A DNA stretch of 64,000 bases, taken from NCBI RefSeq assembly GCF_036321535.1, contig NC_087436.1:52268001-52332000 (forward strand). The letters run 5' to 3'. Shown piece after piece: positions 37,931-51,125 of this stretch. A program made the position numbers and the translations under genes. Position 1 is the first letter of the stretch, and every line of letters starts with the position of its first letter. The DNA is from Camelus dromedarius. Lineage: Eukaryota. The notes beneath the pieces are model-generated. The model made no database searches. It was not told the DNA's origin and worked only from the letters and a program-made list of their open reading frames with translations.

Positions 37931-40900
37931 GCAAGCAGCAGTTTTTTTTCCCCTTTAATATTAATATAAAATTAAAATACATCTCTGCCTTGGAATAATT
38001 CTATTATTCCTAAATCTGAGATGGCTGTTTAAATTGATATAGAGCAAAGAATGTCTTTTATATCTCTGATGGGAACATCATATTTCAAATTTTAGACCAT
38101 TACCGGTAATCTCACGGGAGGGCAATCCACTTAGGAACTTAGTTCAGTCAAAAAGTCATTTCTGTGTATCATTTTAATCTTTTATGCTGTTAATCGTCAC
38201 TGTAGACTGGGAGCATGTTGAAAATTCATTATGTTAATGGATATGTTTTGCTTATTCTGGCAATCTGAGTCAGTTTCAATAAACAGTGAACTTTTAGAAA
38301 TCATGGAAATAATAAAATATAGACTGGAGCTCCAATGGGTAACCTTTAATAATAATCAGGCAGCTGCCTGCAAACCAAGCTTGAATCCTGTCAGAGATCA
38401 GGGGACACGGGCTCCGGCTCTTGCTTCCTTTGTGACTCAGCTGAAAGCATTATTTGTGGTTCTCACAAGCGTAAGTGCACCACATAACATTTACTGGAAG
38501 AGCATTTTGTAATATCTTTCATATTCATCTTTTTTTCCTCCAGGGTTTTTGTATCTTCCACGTCTTTTCCTTTCAGAGTCTTCCCTATTTGTGAATAGCC
38601 TATACGTTTCCTTCCTGATTTTAGTTCATCAACTTTTCTCCTCTGTTAGCATCTGTGAAAGACCATGTCCTCATGTGGTCAGCAAATCCTTGAAGCTGGG
38701 GTTTGAGATTTATGATTCCACAGTAATATCCTGTTTCACCCAGCAATCATCTATTGCATTGAAATCTACAAGGAAAAATATTAGCTACTATGCATATCCT
38801 AACCCTTCACAGTATTATTTACCCTTGGCATCTCAGGGTCTTGTAAATACACAGAAAGGATTGGACATTATCACCAAAGCTCTCTTGCCAATACTATCTC
38901 AAGGAGTTGATGGTGAAAAGAAGGCGTAAAAAATGAAAGCATCACTTTAGTAAATCACAAAATATCTGCCTGTCATTTATTCTCATGCACCATGTTCATA
39001 AATATTTCTAGAAATGGCAGAATTCTAGGGTATCATAGCACCTTTAGACTCATTTTTGGTCTTGATGAACACTCATCTTCTCTTCAATTTTGGCCGATTG
39101 TTAGTATTTTTAGCACAAGAAGCACAGACTTGCTAAGTTACTTCCCTGAGATCACATGAAGCAAGACAGAAGAAGTTAGGAATAGAACTGAGGACTCTTG
39201 ATGTTTAGTTTCTTGCACTAATTATTAAGCGCATATCCTCTCCACTAGCTGCACAAAAGGCATCTCTGGTGTCAGTAAGTAAACCATGTGTTTATCAGGC
39301 AGAAAATGTGCAGCACAGTTTCTCTCCCTTCACTGTCAGAGAGCGAAGTGCTTAAGAATACAATTTTGGAACAGAAAAGGTTCAGAATGCCATGGGGCTG
39401 TTGCAGCTACACCAGGCTCGGAGCCCTGGAGGCTGAAGAGAGGAAACCACTATGGTTAAATGAGCTTCCTAAATTACAGTACAGGCTGATACTTCATCCC
39501 TGCCCACTGGCACATCCTATGGAAATAAGGATCAATCTGGACATGCAAATAATCTTAAAATATGTATATTATTATGATTGATTTGATAATGCTGTCATCT
39601 ATTTTCCATTCAACTCACCCTTTCTCGTGAAAATAAAATAACGTGTGGCAGTGAGGCTGAGAAGCAAATGATTACAGGGTGCGTTAACAATAATACCCCA
39701 GTTAGAGTCTGGTGGTTTGTTAGAACAGGAACACCCTCAGCTTTGCTTTGAGCTATTAATTAACCAACCGGTCATTAACTGCTGCTAACAATTGATTTAG
39801 AAGGAATTATTGCTTAAATAGCGGGAGGTATTTAAAAGGAAAATAAATTAAAACAAAGAACTGCTGGATCCTGAGAAAAAAATAGGAGTTCTTGAAATAT
39901 AGAGAATAGCTGTAAGGACTCTGTGATTATCAAGTGATAAACAACCATTGGGAAGCACATGCCTCTATTTTATTTTGTTTTCCAGAAATAGTGACAGTTT
40001 CTTATAATCAGGGACCCCACTGTCTGTACTAATTGAATGATCCAACATGAATGATGTTACCAGAAGCATAACTGAAGCAGTAAATTGTCATTTTAATGGG
40101 TTACCAAAACATTTACGTGGATCACAGCTCTACTGTCTCGCAATGTATCATGGACGTTTAGTTTACCAGCAAAATTTTAAAACAGAGAAATAAAACAACA
40201 GCATATCTATTGCCCAGGGGCTGAGCCACATGGAGGATTTAGTGCGATGTCAAGGGCATCCTTTCCACCCTCTGTCAGTCCTTGGGCGAGCTTATTTTAA
40301 AGACAATAGCCTTTCCTAATGGCTCTCCTTTGCTTATTACCTTAAGAATCGGGTTTACTGGTCCTGATGTAAAGTAGCAATAAGAAAACTAATAGTAATC
40401 ACAGGAACCAAAGAAAATCTGTCATTTTTGAATGAATTATTTTCCATTTTACTGAAGTCAGCTTTCAGAATTACTATAACCAGTAATTACAATATTTTTT
40501 TAACTAAAATCAAGTTTACCTTCTTTAGATTTCTGATTTATTCAGCATCTGTAATACTTGAGGAAATGAGGAAGTCTTTCTCCCTATCTGAATTGCTAAT
40601 TGACCAAGATCCTGTGAAAAATTTAAATCTGAGGGGTAAATGCCAGAGTTCCCTAAACTTCAGGATGCTTATCTTGTCCAATCTTATAAGAAAAATAGGT
40701 CTCCAGAAGTTTAGTTGTAATAGAATTTTAAGTGGGTACTAAGTTCTTAAGGTTGTAAGTGGTGATTACCCATCTGAGGGTATTTTGCTTCTTTAGAAGC
40801 ATTTTGGAAATTTGTGGGGAATGTTTGTTTATCACAAATATGGGAGAAGGGGGTTGCTATTGACATTCAGCAGACAGGCATCTAGCATTATACATATAAA

Positions 40901-41570
40901 CATAAAGTATTATTTGTGCATTTTAATATATACCAAATTTTCCAGGAATGCAAACACCTTTTTGCATAGCTGGAAAAGGTTATTTTTTGTTTTGTTTGGA
41001 AATTCACCAAGAGTGATTTACAATTTTAGAAGCTCACTTGGCTGACACCGATGCTATTTGTGGTATCAGAGCTGCTAATAGGTATACATATTTCAGTTTG
41101 TGTTTATAGCTGTCACAGTGGATACGTACAGGCGGTCCTTGCCAGGCACAGCTCCATGTTATTTGAAACCTGTGCATACTGGAGCTGTGGCCTCCCCTTG
41201 CATCATTCTGAAATGCATGGTTTCAGTCATACAGTAAAGCAGGGGCTGTATAAAGCAAGGGCTACTTGTGATAAGATTTGAAAATTAGAGCTTTCCTTAG
41301 TAGACTTAGAATTAGCGTTGTAAATGTGTAGATAGACAAAATACAGGACTATCACGAAGTTTCATGAATAAAATCTGTTTTAAGAACTCTTCTTTTTTTC
41401 TATCACATACCCTTTAAATGTTGGAGTCAAATGATAAGAAACATGGAAGACACATGACATTCATTTATGATTGGGATGCTTCCTGACTTGACTATACCTC
41501 TTATATTACTTTTTTTTTCCATTCCACCATCAATTTCCCATTGCTTATTGAAGGATATGGCTTCTATTAT

Positions 41571-41957
41571 TGTTATGGTTAATTTTTATGTGTCAATTTG
41601 AAGGGTGATTTTGAATGAGATTAATGTTTAAACTGGTGAATTTTGGGTAAGACAAATTGGCCTCCATAATGTGGGTGAACCTCATCCAATCAACTGAAGG
41701 TATGAATAGAACAAAGAGATCAGCCTCCTTGAGCAAGAGGAAATTCTTCAGCAGACTGTCTTCATATTTCATCTGTACCATTGACTCTCCTTGGTCTCCA
41801 GATTGACAACTCACACTCAGCTTTGGACTTATCATCCTTCATAATCAGACAAGCCAGTCCTTATAATAAATACATACACAGACACATGCACGTGTGTGCG
41901 TGCACACACACACACATCCTATTGGTTCTGCTTCTGTAGAGACCCCTGACTAATACA
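41571..41957 (+). mobile_element. MLT2 (ERVL) solo LTR
   Basis: Starts TGTTATGGTTAATTTTTATGTGTCAA, contains 'ctccataatgtgggtgaacctcatccaatca', ends 'cctattggttctg..cctgactaataca'. Near-TSD attat/atgat. Confidence 0.9.
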
Positions 41958-41964
41958 ATGATTC

Positions 41965-42305
41965 TCTTTTTTAAATTACTGTACAGTAAAGTTGCCTTTT
42001 TGGTTTTGTTTGTTTGTTTGTTGGTGTATAGCAGTATGAGTTTTAACACAGAATTGATCAAGGTGACCAACCACCACAGTCAGGATACAGAATAGTTCCA
42101 TCACTCAAAAAAACTCCCTTAGGCTCCTCCTCTGTAGTCATAACCTTCTCTGATTCTGAGCTCCTGACAATGAGTAATCTTTTCTCTACTAATGTCAATA
42201 GAGGTCTTGTTTTTACTACGGATGATGCCTTTAAGATTGAACTAACGTGTTGCATGTATCAATAGTTTGTTCCTTTTTATTGTTGAGTAGTATTCCATTG
42301 TATGC
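41965..42305 (-). mobile_element. L1ME-type 3' fragment
   Basis: 'accaccacagtcaggatacagaatagttccatcac', 'gtatcaatagtttgttcctttttattgttgagtagtattccattgtatg'. Confidence 0.85.
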
Positions 42306-42995
42306 CCAAGGTCTTTTTATATAAAGAGATATATTTATGCATTGATATGCATTGAGATTTTAAAATGAGATATGTTTTCTATGATGATTTTTTTTAATTA
42401 CCTTTAACATGTTATAAAAAGTGAATCATTCTGATGTAAAAGTTATAAGTAAGACACAAGAGTTGTAAGTTCCAGCTTATTTGTGAAAAATATACTTCTG
42501 CATTTTCTTTCATGGACAGTCTGTAATTTATTTCACATTATTGCTACCTCAATCAAGGTTATTTTTTCTCTTTTTCATAGTAAGAAGTCTGCTCTGTTAT
42601 TATATGTTATATAAGACATGTATGCCTTATCACTGGGCTTTATTCAAGTAGCCTCTTGGATCTCTGAATTGTCATTTTCTTGTACTTCTTTTGGATTATG
42701 TGGATGTCTTTAAGTATAGTCACATCTGTATATTCACATATTGAAATACATCTTATTATAATAAAATTGAATTATATATTACTTTGTAAGTTATTTTCCT
42801 TTTATTTCTCCTTTTAAAAATTGGATATTGCTTAGAATTTTTAAAAAGCTATGTGTGATATTGGGTCATAACAGATGAATTTCTTTTCAATGTATTAAAG
42901 AACTGATTTTTCTAAATATTGGGCAAGAGTTCAGATAGTTTTGAGACCCATTGCATTAAACCTTATACCTATGGCTACTTAAATACTTTTTGTTG

Positions 42996-43092
42996 TTTTC
43001 TTCTCCAGGGACATTAGAATCTCCTCATTTGACTGGATTATCTTTTTTTTCTTCTCCAGGGACATTGGAACCTCCTCATTTGACTGGATTAT
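42996..43092. repeat. Tandem duplication with a 51-bp period, two copies
   Basis: ttttcttctccagggacatt[a/g]gaa[t/c]ctcctcatttgactggattat occurs twice, with two substitutions. Confidence 0.95.
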
Positions 43093-43159
43093 TCCTTTTG
43101 TGTTCAGAGAATTTAGAATATGCATTAAAGGCAAGAATGTGGGTTTTTTTCCATTCATG

Positions 43160-43515
43160 TTTTATCAGTCAGCTTCACCTGAGTTATTTTACAATAGTAA
43201 GCAGCCCCTGAATCTTAGTAGCTTTCAGTAACAGGATCATTTCTTGCTTGTGGGTCAGCTTGATGTCCTATTTTGTCTTCATTCTGAAACCTAAGACAAA
43301 GAGCGGCATTGGTCTGGAGTGTGCTGGTTTTTCAGTAGAGAGAAAAGAGCAATGGTGGACCAAATGATGCCTCTTAAACTTTTTCCTGAAAGTGTTTCAT
43401 GTTACTTCCACTTACATTTCATTGATTAAAACAATTGAGTGGTCAAACCTGAAGTATAATCCTCCTATGAGGAAGGGTCAGCAAATATTTTTGAATAATG
43501 ATATAATTTATCATA
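43160..43515 (-). mobile_element. MLT1 (H/I-like) LTR
   Basis: 'aatcttagtagctt', 'catttcttgct', 'tcttcattctg', 'tgttacttccacttacatttcattg', 'aagtataatcctcc'. Confidence 0.7.
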
Positions 43516-43975
43516 CATAGCTCAGAAGTATTATTTTATTTTTATTATTTTATTATTTTAACTATGAATATATATGGAGCGTATATTTTGTAAGCACATA
43601 TTGAATGATTACATGAGTTAGTCACTGTCTTAAGTATTTCAAATCTTCTTTACCTTCTTTAACTTTACTAGCAAAGCAACCCTAAAAGATAGCTAATATT
43701 TGCAATGGTTAAGAATTTGCCATAAAGTCAGTTTCATCATAGCAAATTTTGTATAATCTTAGCCCACAGACTCTCAGTAAACTGTTTAAGTAGCAATTTT
43801 TCATGGTTCACTTTTTAATTGTGAGCTTTATAAAAGTGTCTAGGCAATTTATTAAATACTCTGCAGAAAAACATGTCACAAGCAATTAGGTAGTTCATAG
43901 AATTTTTTTTTTCTTCTTCTTAATTTCTCTGCAGAGCTAGGAGTGTTTTGAAGAGGGAAACCATCTTGGAATCCT

Positions 43976-44398
43976 TGTGGGAGATGAGGCTGTCGTTTTC
44001 CTGTCCGCGTCTTCTCACAGGCCCACCTGAGCACCCCAACTGTTAGTGTAGACTCTTGGCCTTTGGCTTTCTCTGGTGACAGGAGTCCAGTGGTCTATGT
44101 GCTCGACTGGCTGGAAGTGCCCAGGAGGTGACACCTCCCAGGAACAGCAACCTTGCCCCTGGGTTGAAGTGACTCGGAGACGTTCCTTCCTGGCTCCCGG
44201 AGCTCCTGGTGGGGTTAAGCAACATTGCTCTGAGCAGTAACCTGCTCACTAACCCCTTTTACTAGCTTCCTTTCCTCTCTGTCTCATTTTCCCAATGCCC
44301 TTACCAGTGCTTTCTGAAGTCACTTAAATAAGCTCAAATTACTTACACTCATATTTTTTATCTTAGGGTCTACTTCTTGGGGGACCCCATCTAAGATG
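43976..44398 (+). mobile_element. LTR16-like (ERVL) LTR
   Basis: 'ggctggaagtgcccaggagg', 'tttcctctctgtctcattttccc', 'acttacactc..tcttagggtctacttcttgggggacccca..taaga'. Confidence 0.75.
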
Positions 44399-44704
44399 CC
44401 CATCATGTGGATTAAGGCCTGGCAAGTCATAGGTGCTTAGTGAATGTCAATCATAATGGTTAAAAGAAGGTAGGAAAGGAAGCACATACGTTCCCTGAGA
44501 AGTAGTGTTCAGTTTTTAAATTTGATAGTTCTTTCAGTGTATCTAACAAAAATCACCCACTTATAATTTGACATTTAAAAATCTACCATGTCTTACATTT
44601 TCACATTTCTGATAAGTAGTAATTCTCATATATTATTCCAAATTTTAAAGACTTATGAAAGACCATGCATGTCATGAAAATTAATAATAATAATGATGAT
44701 GATA

Positions 44705-44845
44705 ATAACAATAGTCAATATTTATTGAGTGTTTGCTCTGTGCTAAGTACTACCCTTTGGGCTTTACATGTATTAATTCATTTAAGCATCACAACAAATC
44801 CAGAAACATAGTATTATTTATCCTCTAGTTGATTGATTAAGAAAT
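44705..44845 (-). mobile_element. MIR SINE
   Basis: 'aatatttattgagtgtttgctctgtgctaag', 'gctttacatgtattaattcattta'. Confidence 0.75.
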
Positions 44846-47334
44846 ACACAAACAAAACAAAACATTTTTTTAAAATGATGCATTTGAATATTTAGAAACC
44901 CCAAGGAGCAAACTTTAAAACTAATAGAATTAATACAATAATTTAGTAATAGAATCAGAAATACTTCAGTAGACAAGAGTGGCAAACAAGATTGATCGCC
45001 TCCCCTCCTTAGAGGCTCTTTTATAATCTATCCAACCATAGCCCGTACCTTATGACTATGAGCAACTGGGCCAGAGAAGCACATAGTGTAATGTCAGATA
45101 GGAAGGCTTGTTTTGAGAATTTAAGCCAGGAGACATAGAGACTGTTGCATCAATTTGTGGCTAGAATGAAAATCATGTCAAGCCAAAGCTGGAAACTTAT
45201 CAAACCGAAATCAACCACAAGCTGGACATTGTCATGAAAAATAGAAACTGTGAGGAAGCAGAGAAAACCAACTAGTGAAGAGGAGAGAGAACTGAATTGA
45301 GCAGTCACCTGGCCTGAGACCGACTCAAAGGACTTACCCATGTCACGAACTTGGGGCAAAACATTCTTGGAGGAGTGACAGCAGGTATACAGGTCTTGAG
45401 GCTGAACAAACTTGTAGGCAAAAGGGCAGAGCTCAGGGAAGCTGATTCCAGTTGACGGCAAAGAGGGGCAGCCGTGCTGGGTGGGGCTGGGGGGCCGCGG
45501 TGAAGGATTTGGATTCCTTTATTGGGAAGTCCAGCCCAGCTGTGTCCTGCTTCCCTTTGAAGCCAATCCCATTGCCCTTATTGAATGGAATCTCACCTTC
45601 TTTAGAACTTTCACTGACATACACCTTTAGCATTTGGCATGTGAAGCCTTAAATCAGAGATATTTTAAAAAGCATTTTATCTGTCAAAGAATGTTAGGTC
45701 TTAAAAGTCAGGAGCTGTGAATCTTTGTATCCTCTACAGACAGTGGTGAGCTGAGTGGGTGCACAGTAAATATTTGTTGGCTCACTAAGGGGGACAATAA
45801 TTAAATATTCCCCACCCAAGGCCAATGTTTCTAACTGTGGTCTCTCCAGAGAAGTTCTAAACCCATGTTACTTGACACAAAAATGTTAACTGAGGCTCTC
45901 CTTGTTAAATTCGCTTCTCAGTTAAACGAATGACCACTGACCAATAAATCTTTTGTTAGGGGCTGGAGTGTTTGAGCGTCTGGGAAATGGGGAGTGCTGT
46001 TTTGTAAATTCAGGAAAAATCACACAGCCATATAAGTAGCAATTACTGAGCTCCTGCCATGGGGCAGGGTTGTGTTTAATGTTTTATGAGCACATTTTTG
46101 TTTAACTTTGAAACAACCCTATGAAATCACAACTAGTATGTGGGAAAATGAGTCACCCAGCCAGGCTGGTTGAACCTGAGTCCATGCTCTTAACCAGCAG
46201 GCTAAGGTTGCTCCGGGGTGTCTGGAAGAGAGGTGATCTTCCTCTTACTTTTGTTCTCACGCTTATATCCATGTCCAGCTCCTTCTCCCTGGTGCAGGCT
46301 ATACTGTACACATGGGTGGGATTTTGATTTTTCCCTAATGTTTGTAAGGCCAAAGGACTCAAATGGCTAGAAATACATTTACCCAGCAGTCTTGCTCTTC
46401 CTGTGCTGCCTTCCTGATCTTCATTTTTTCCTAACATTTACTAAGAAGTTTTTATATACTTAGCTGTGCTTAGCATTTATGAGTATACACTATAAGCAAA
46501 GCAAAATATTTAATTATACCTGTATTTATAAGAAAATACATAGAAAATATGTGTACTTTTTCTATTGAAGAAGGTAAATGATCCACTAAGGAGTTTTCTG
46601 AAATCTTTGATAATAGCCATTATTTGACTTTTGCCTACATCTGAAGGTTAGATCAAATATTTGAATATTTGGTAAGAACTAGATTAATGATGATTAAAAT
46701 TGTAACCAAATGGGTGGCATCATAATGTGTAAACATATATATTTTTTGGTCTTCAAAAACTGTAAGCTGTAAGCAGGATTTGCAAGAATACTAGAGGTAT
46801 AAATTAACAGTTCATTTTATGAACAGTATGAATAATAGCAACAATTAATCAAGCAAGAATTTCTTTTATAAGTTTCTCCAAGTTAGAATTGGCTCCATCA
46901 AACTGCAGTTCATCTTAGCTAGATTCTACCTTAAATACCTGTGATTTCAAATGGAAGTTGTGGTTTGGAAACCTCTCCCTCAGCCTAGGAGAACCTTCAA
47001 GGTGTAGTAACATTGGAGTAGGACTCAGCCACGGAGCTGTGGTTAGCTGTGGACGGTCCCCAGGGAGTTTTAAGTCTGTACTTTTCAAGCATGGTCACCC
47101 GCATGGTTATGTGAAGCTACATGCGAGAGACATCAGTTTTATCCAGGGGAAGATAAATGAAAGAATTATTTTTGTGTTAAAACAAACATGTTATATAATG
47201 AAGTAGAAAGCAAAAGTAACACACATTCTTACAAAATATGTAACATAGGAAATTTTAAAAACTGTCAATTTGGAATGCTTGGATTCAAACTTCACTTCTG
47301 TCTGCCATTTGAGAAATAATTGAGATTATTGTTT

Positions 47335-47565
47335 CAGACCCAGACTTAACCAGAACTTTGATGGTTTTAGTCCCAGATTTGCTATCTCCTGACAGAAACC
47401 TAGGGCAAATTATTTAATTTCCATGGGTCTCAGTCCCTTTCTTGGTAAAATGAGGCTATTACTAGTACTTGCTTCACGGGTTTGTTATAAGGGTTACATG
47501 AATTAATATTTGTAAATTGCTCAGAACTGTCCCTGGCACATAGTAACTGCTATCTAAATATTTGT
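47335..47565 (+). mobile_element. MIR SINE
   Basis: 'gggcaaattatttaatttccatgggtctcagt..gtaaaatgagg', 'ttgttataaggg', 'cctggcacatagtaa'. Confidence 0.85.
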
Positions 47566-47813
47566 AAAGTAAATGAACTTAAATTGGTACCACCGTACTT
47601 AAGTTTTGAGGCTTTGAGAATGATGGGGTGATTTGCCTGAGACCCCATTTCTGCTGCCTCTGTTTTGCTTTCCTTTCTCTCCCTCACCTGGGAACTTAGT
47701 GTCTATGTATATACGCTCCCCCTCACCAAGTACCCGAGCCCATCTTTCGATTTCAAATCCTTTGTTCTGTCAATTGTCCCATATATTCCAAAGTGTATAA
47801 ATGTGTCGCAGAG

Positions 47814-47975
47814 CATTGCTTCTCAAACTTTCATGTGTATATAAATCACCTAGGGATGTTGCCAAAATAAGGATTGTAGTTCAGGAAATCTGGGCTATGG
47901 CTTCAGACTCTGCACTGCTAACATGCTCCCACATGTCCTTGCTTTTGGTTCCAGGACCCCACTTTGCATAGCACG
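47814..47975. mobile_element. MER5A hAT-Charlie relic
   Basis: 'cattgcttctcaaactt..aaatcacctaggga..tctgca..ctaacatgctccca..ggaccccactttg'. Confidence 0.8.
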
Positions 47976-50110
47976 TCCTAGTAAATTTTACCATCTAAAA
48001 AAAGTATCTAGCACCGATTGGAATACGTGCTTCAACTTCAGGTCCCAAGCCCATAAAAAGTTATTGCACAAAATCGTGGCTGAGAGAACATTCTCTTCTG
48101 CTCTTTGGTATCTCATTGTTAGGAGGAAACTGGCTAGAATACAAGAGTGACATTTCAAATGCCTACCCATCTGCTTCGTTTCTTATGCACTGTGCTAGGG
48201 GAGGGGGGTGGGGGAGGAGAACATTTTGAAAACCTCACCCCCGAGTTGATTTGCTCCATGAACATTTGACATGGAATTTCCAGAGATTTTGTCTTTCCAA
48301 GTCCTGGGCAGAGGATCTTTCCTAGATCCAGCAGCATATGACAGGCCTGTGGGCAGTGCCCTAGGTGGGTGGGAAAAGTGCGTGATTTTCTGACAGTCAT
48401 GCTCAGGCTTTGCCAACCTGAGGCCGGGCCCTCAGCAGGAGCAAGGGGGCGGGGAATGGAGTCAGGAGGAGAGAGGGAGCAGGTCGCCCCTTCCGCGGGT
48501 TGTGCCCCCATTTCAGGGCTCTGCCCTGGGCTGAGTTAGTAACACAGCTCAAGGGGAAACATTCACAGAGACTCTCCCTTGGGGGAGGCTCCCAGGAACT
48601 CGCTTTCCCCCGTCTCCACCCGCTCCCAGTGTTCTGTGAGAACACATTGGCGATGCTATGAGGTTAATGAAGCCATAAAATTATCATCAGTTTTTCAACT
48701 TTTAAAATTACACACAGCAATTGGCTCTTCAGATATTTGTCAAAGAACCAGCTGCCAAAAAAATTCTTACCCGGGAAAGTTTCCTTCCAGCAAAAAATGG
48801 AAATCTCCCCTCCAAAATATTATTTTACTTCAAATACTTAAATATTTGAGGATTTGAAAGAAATCTTTTTAGGAAAAGCAGAGATACAAAAATAAAATAC
48901 AGATTTAGAAAACATACATCAGAGGATTAAGAACCGTCTACACCCTGGGCAAACTGCGCTGAAACTAACGTTTTATATATATGTATATATTTTTTCTTGG
49001 TCTTTGGGCTTCTTGGGCCCACTCAGAGTAGCTGAATCTAGGGAGTGATAATGAACACTGCCAGGCTGTTCTTTGTGAGTAAGTGTCCCAGGCTAACGGG
49101 CATCTCTGTCTGGCAAGGGCCATCTGCTGCTCCTGGCAGTGACCAAGTTCGCAGGTTGAAGTCCTTCTTCAACATCTTGGCTCCCAGGGCTCCCCCGGCA
49201 GGGCGCTGGCACAGGTGGCTTCCCTGCAGCTTGCTTTCCTGTGCCCTGTGCTCAGAGCAAGTCCTAGGAAAATTCGATTCATGCTTTACCATCTTTAACT
49301 ACTTGCCCTGATTACTCTTACAGCTTTGAAATCGTCAAGAATGCCACCCGAAGTTTAAAGGTCATTCCTAAAAATGGTCAGAGAACTCACAAACCAGAAA
49401 CTGCTCTGCTATTTTATAATACCAACCTAGGAGTCAGGGTTTTCTGGTCCGTGCATCATTTTTTTGGGACCATACTATCTCCTTTTTTATTTCTTTTCAC
49501 TCTACTTCTTTCTCTTTTACCCTTCTGCACTCATCCCCTCATGACTTGCCTCACCACTAAATTGTCCACCAGTGGAGTAGCTTCTCACTAAACCTCTCAG
49601 ACTCGGGACCTCAAGTTTGGTGTTTATATTATAGGAAATATAATAACTACCCCACAGTATGATGTCACTAAAATCACTCTGAAAATAGTTACATGTTCAA
49701 ATATTAATTTTTACTGTTTGTTTAGGAAACAATAAATAAAAAAGCTAAAAATCCCTAGTAACTCTGGAAATGCCCAAGAAAAATTGTAGTCTCTAAAAAC
49801 GCTAAGGCTACATATACCCTTTCATTGATGATGAATATTCTGGAATAATTTTATTTTCTTTGATTTGCTCCGTTTCTACCTTTCCGCTTTTCTTCCTGAC
49901 TTTTTTTGTTTGTTTGTTTATCTTTCACTTCTCGCTCTCTTTATTCATTTTTTCCTAACCATCTCTCTCCCCCACCTCTTGCTCCTCTTTCTCCTCAGAA
50001 TAAACATGGGGAAGATGTTGCTTGGCTTGAAGCAAGATTTTTCAGTGATGGAATGAGTTAAGGGGAGGTTTAGATTGTCCCCAACAATCGTCATTTGTGC
50101 CTCTACTATG

Positions 50111-50515
50111 ATGGTCATCAGTACAGCTTTCCAAGTAGTTCTGGTCCTCTGCATCCTGGGGACGTGGCAGGATTGTGCTTCCCGTGCCACTTGTGATTGG
50201 GTGGGGTCATGTGACTAGTTCTGGCCAGTGAGTTGTGAGCAGATGTGATGTTTGTCACTTCCAGCTTGTGCATCTAGTTGCTAATATGAGCCCCTCCAGA
50301 ACTATATCCCTCTGGCACAGCAGCTGGAGAAGTTTGAGATGATACCTGCTCTATCAGCCTGGGCCTGTGAATAACTACAAGGAGCAGAGCTCCTAAGAGA
50401 CCCATAATAGACATGTACCATGAGTAAGAAATAAAGCCTACTTGTTTGAAGACTCTGAAATTTTGGAGATTTTTTTTTTTTTAACCACAGTGCATTAACT
50501 ATACTGACTGATGCA
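50111..50515 (+). mobile_element. MLT1 (I/J-like) LTR
   Basis: 'ggggtcatgtgactagttctggcca', 'gtcacttcc', 'gagtaagaaataaagc', ending 'ctgactgatgca'. Confidence 0.85.
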
Positions 50516-50814
50516 TCCACTAAATGTGAACTTCTTTAGGGAAGAGAAGAAAAGACAGAAGAAGGAAAACTTTCATTGAGAGGGTATTGTGTGTCTCCTT
50601 TAGATGCTTTCACAATGACACATTAAATTGCTATTAATTATTGGCTCAAAGAATTCAAGTTATAGCTACTTCAATATTTAAAAATAAATAATAGTCTTTA
50701 ACACATAGGTAACTAAGACAATGAAAAAGTTCCAAGTAGAAGATCTAGACTGGTAAACATGGGCTCTTGTGGCACCAATCTTAATCTCAACAGATAATTT
50801 GAAGGCCAATGGTT

Positions 50815-51125
50815 GTCATTTATTCATTCAACCATCTACTCACTGATCAAATATTTATTGACTACCTACTTGGTCAGGCACTGTGTTAGGTGCTAAAGAA
50901 AAATAGTAACCACCTTAGATAAACCCTTTAATGTATTCAGGGTGATTTTCCTTAGATTATCTCATTTTATTTTATTTATTTATTTTCTTATTTTATCTCA
51001 TTTATTATCTCATAATAGAAAAATATTCATTCTGTTTTAAAGATGAGGAAGTCGAAACACAAGGAATCAAGTAACTTGATCAAGCTCACTCAGGTAGGCA
51101 GTAATAAAGCTAGGATTTAACACCT
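50815..51125 (-). mobile_element. L2 3' end followed by a MIR fragment
   Basis: 'ttcattcaac..atatttattgactacctact..caggcactgtgttaggtgct'; 'agatgaggaag..aagtaacttg..ctcactcagg..gctaggattt'. Confidence 0.7.
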
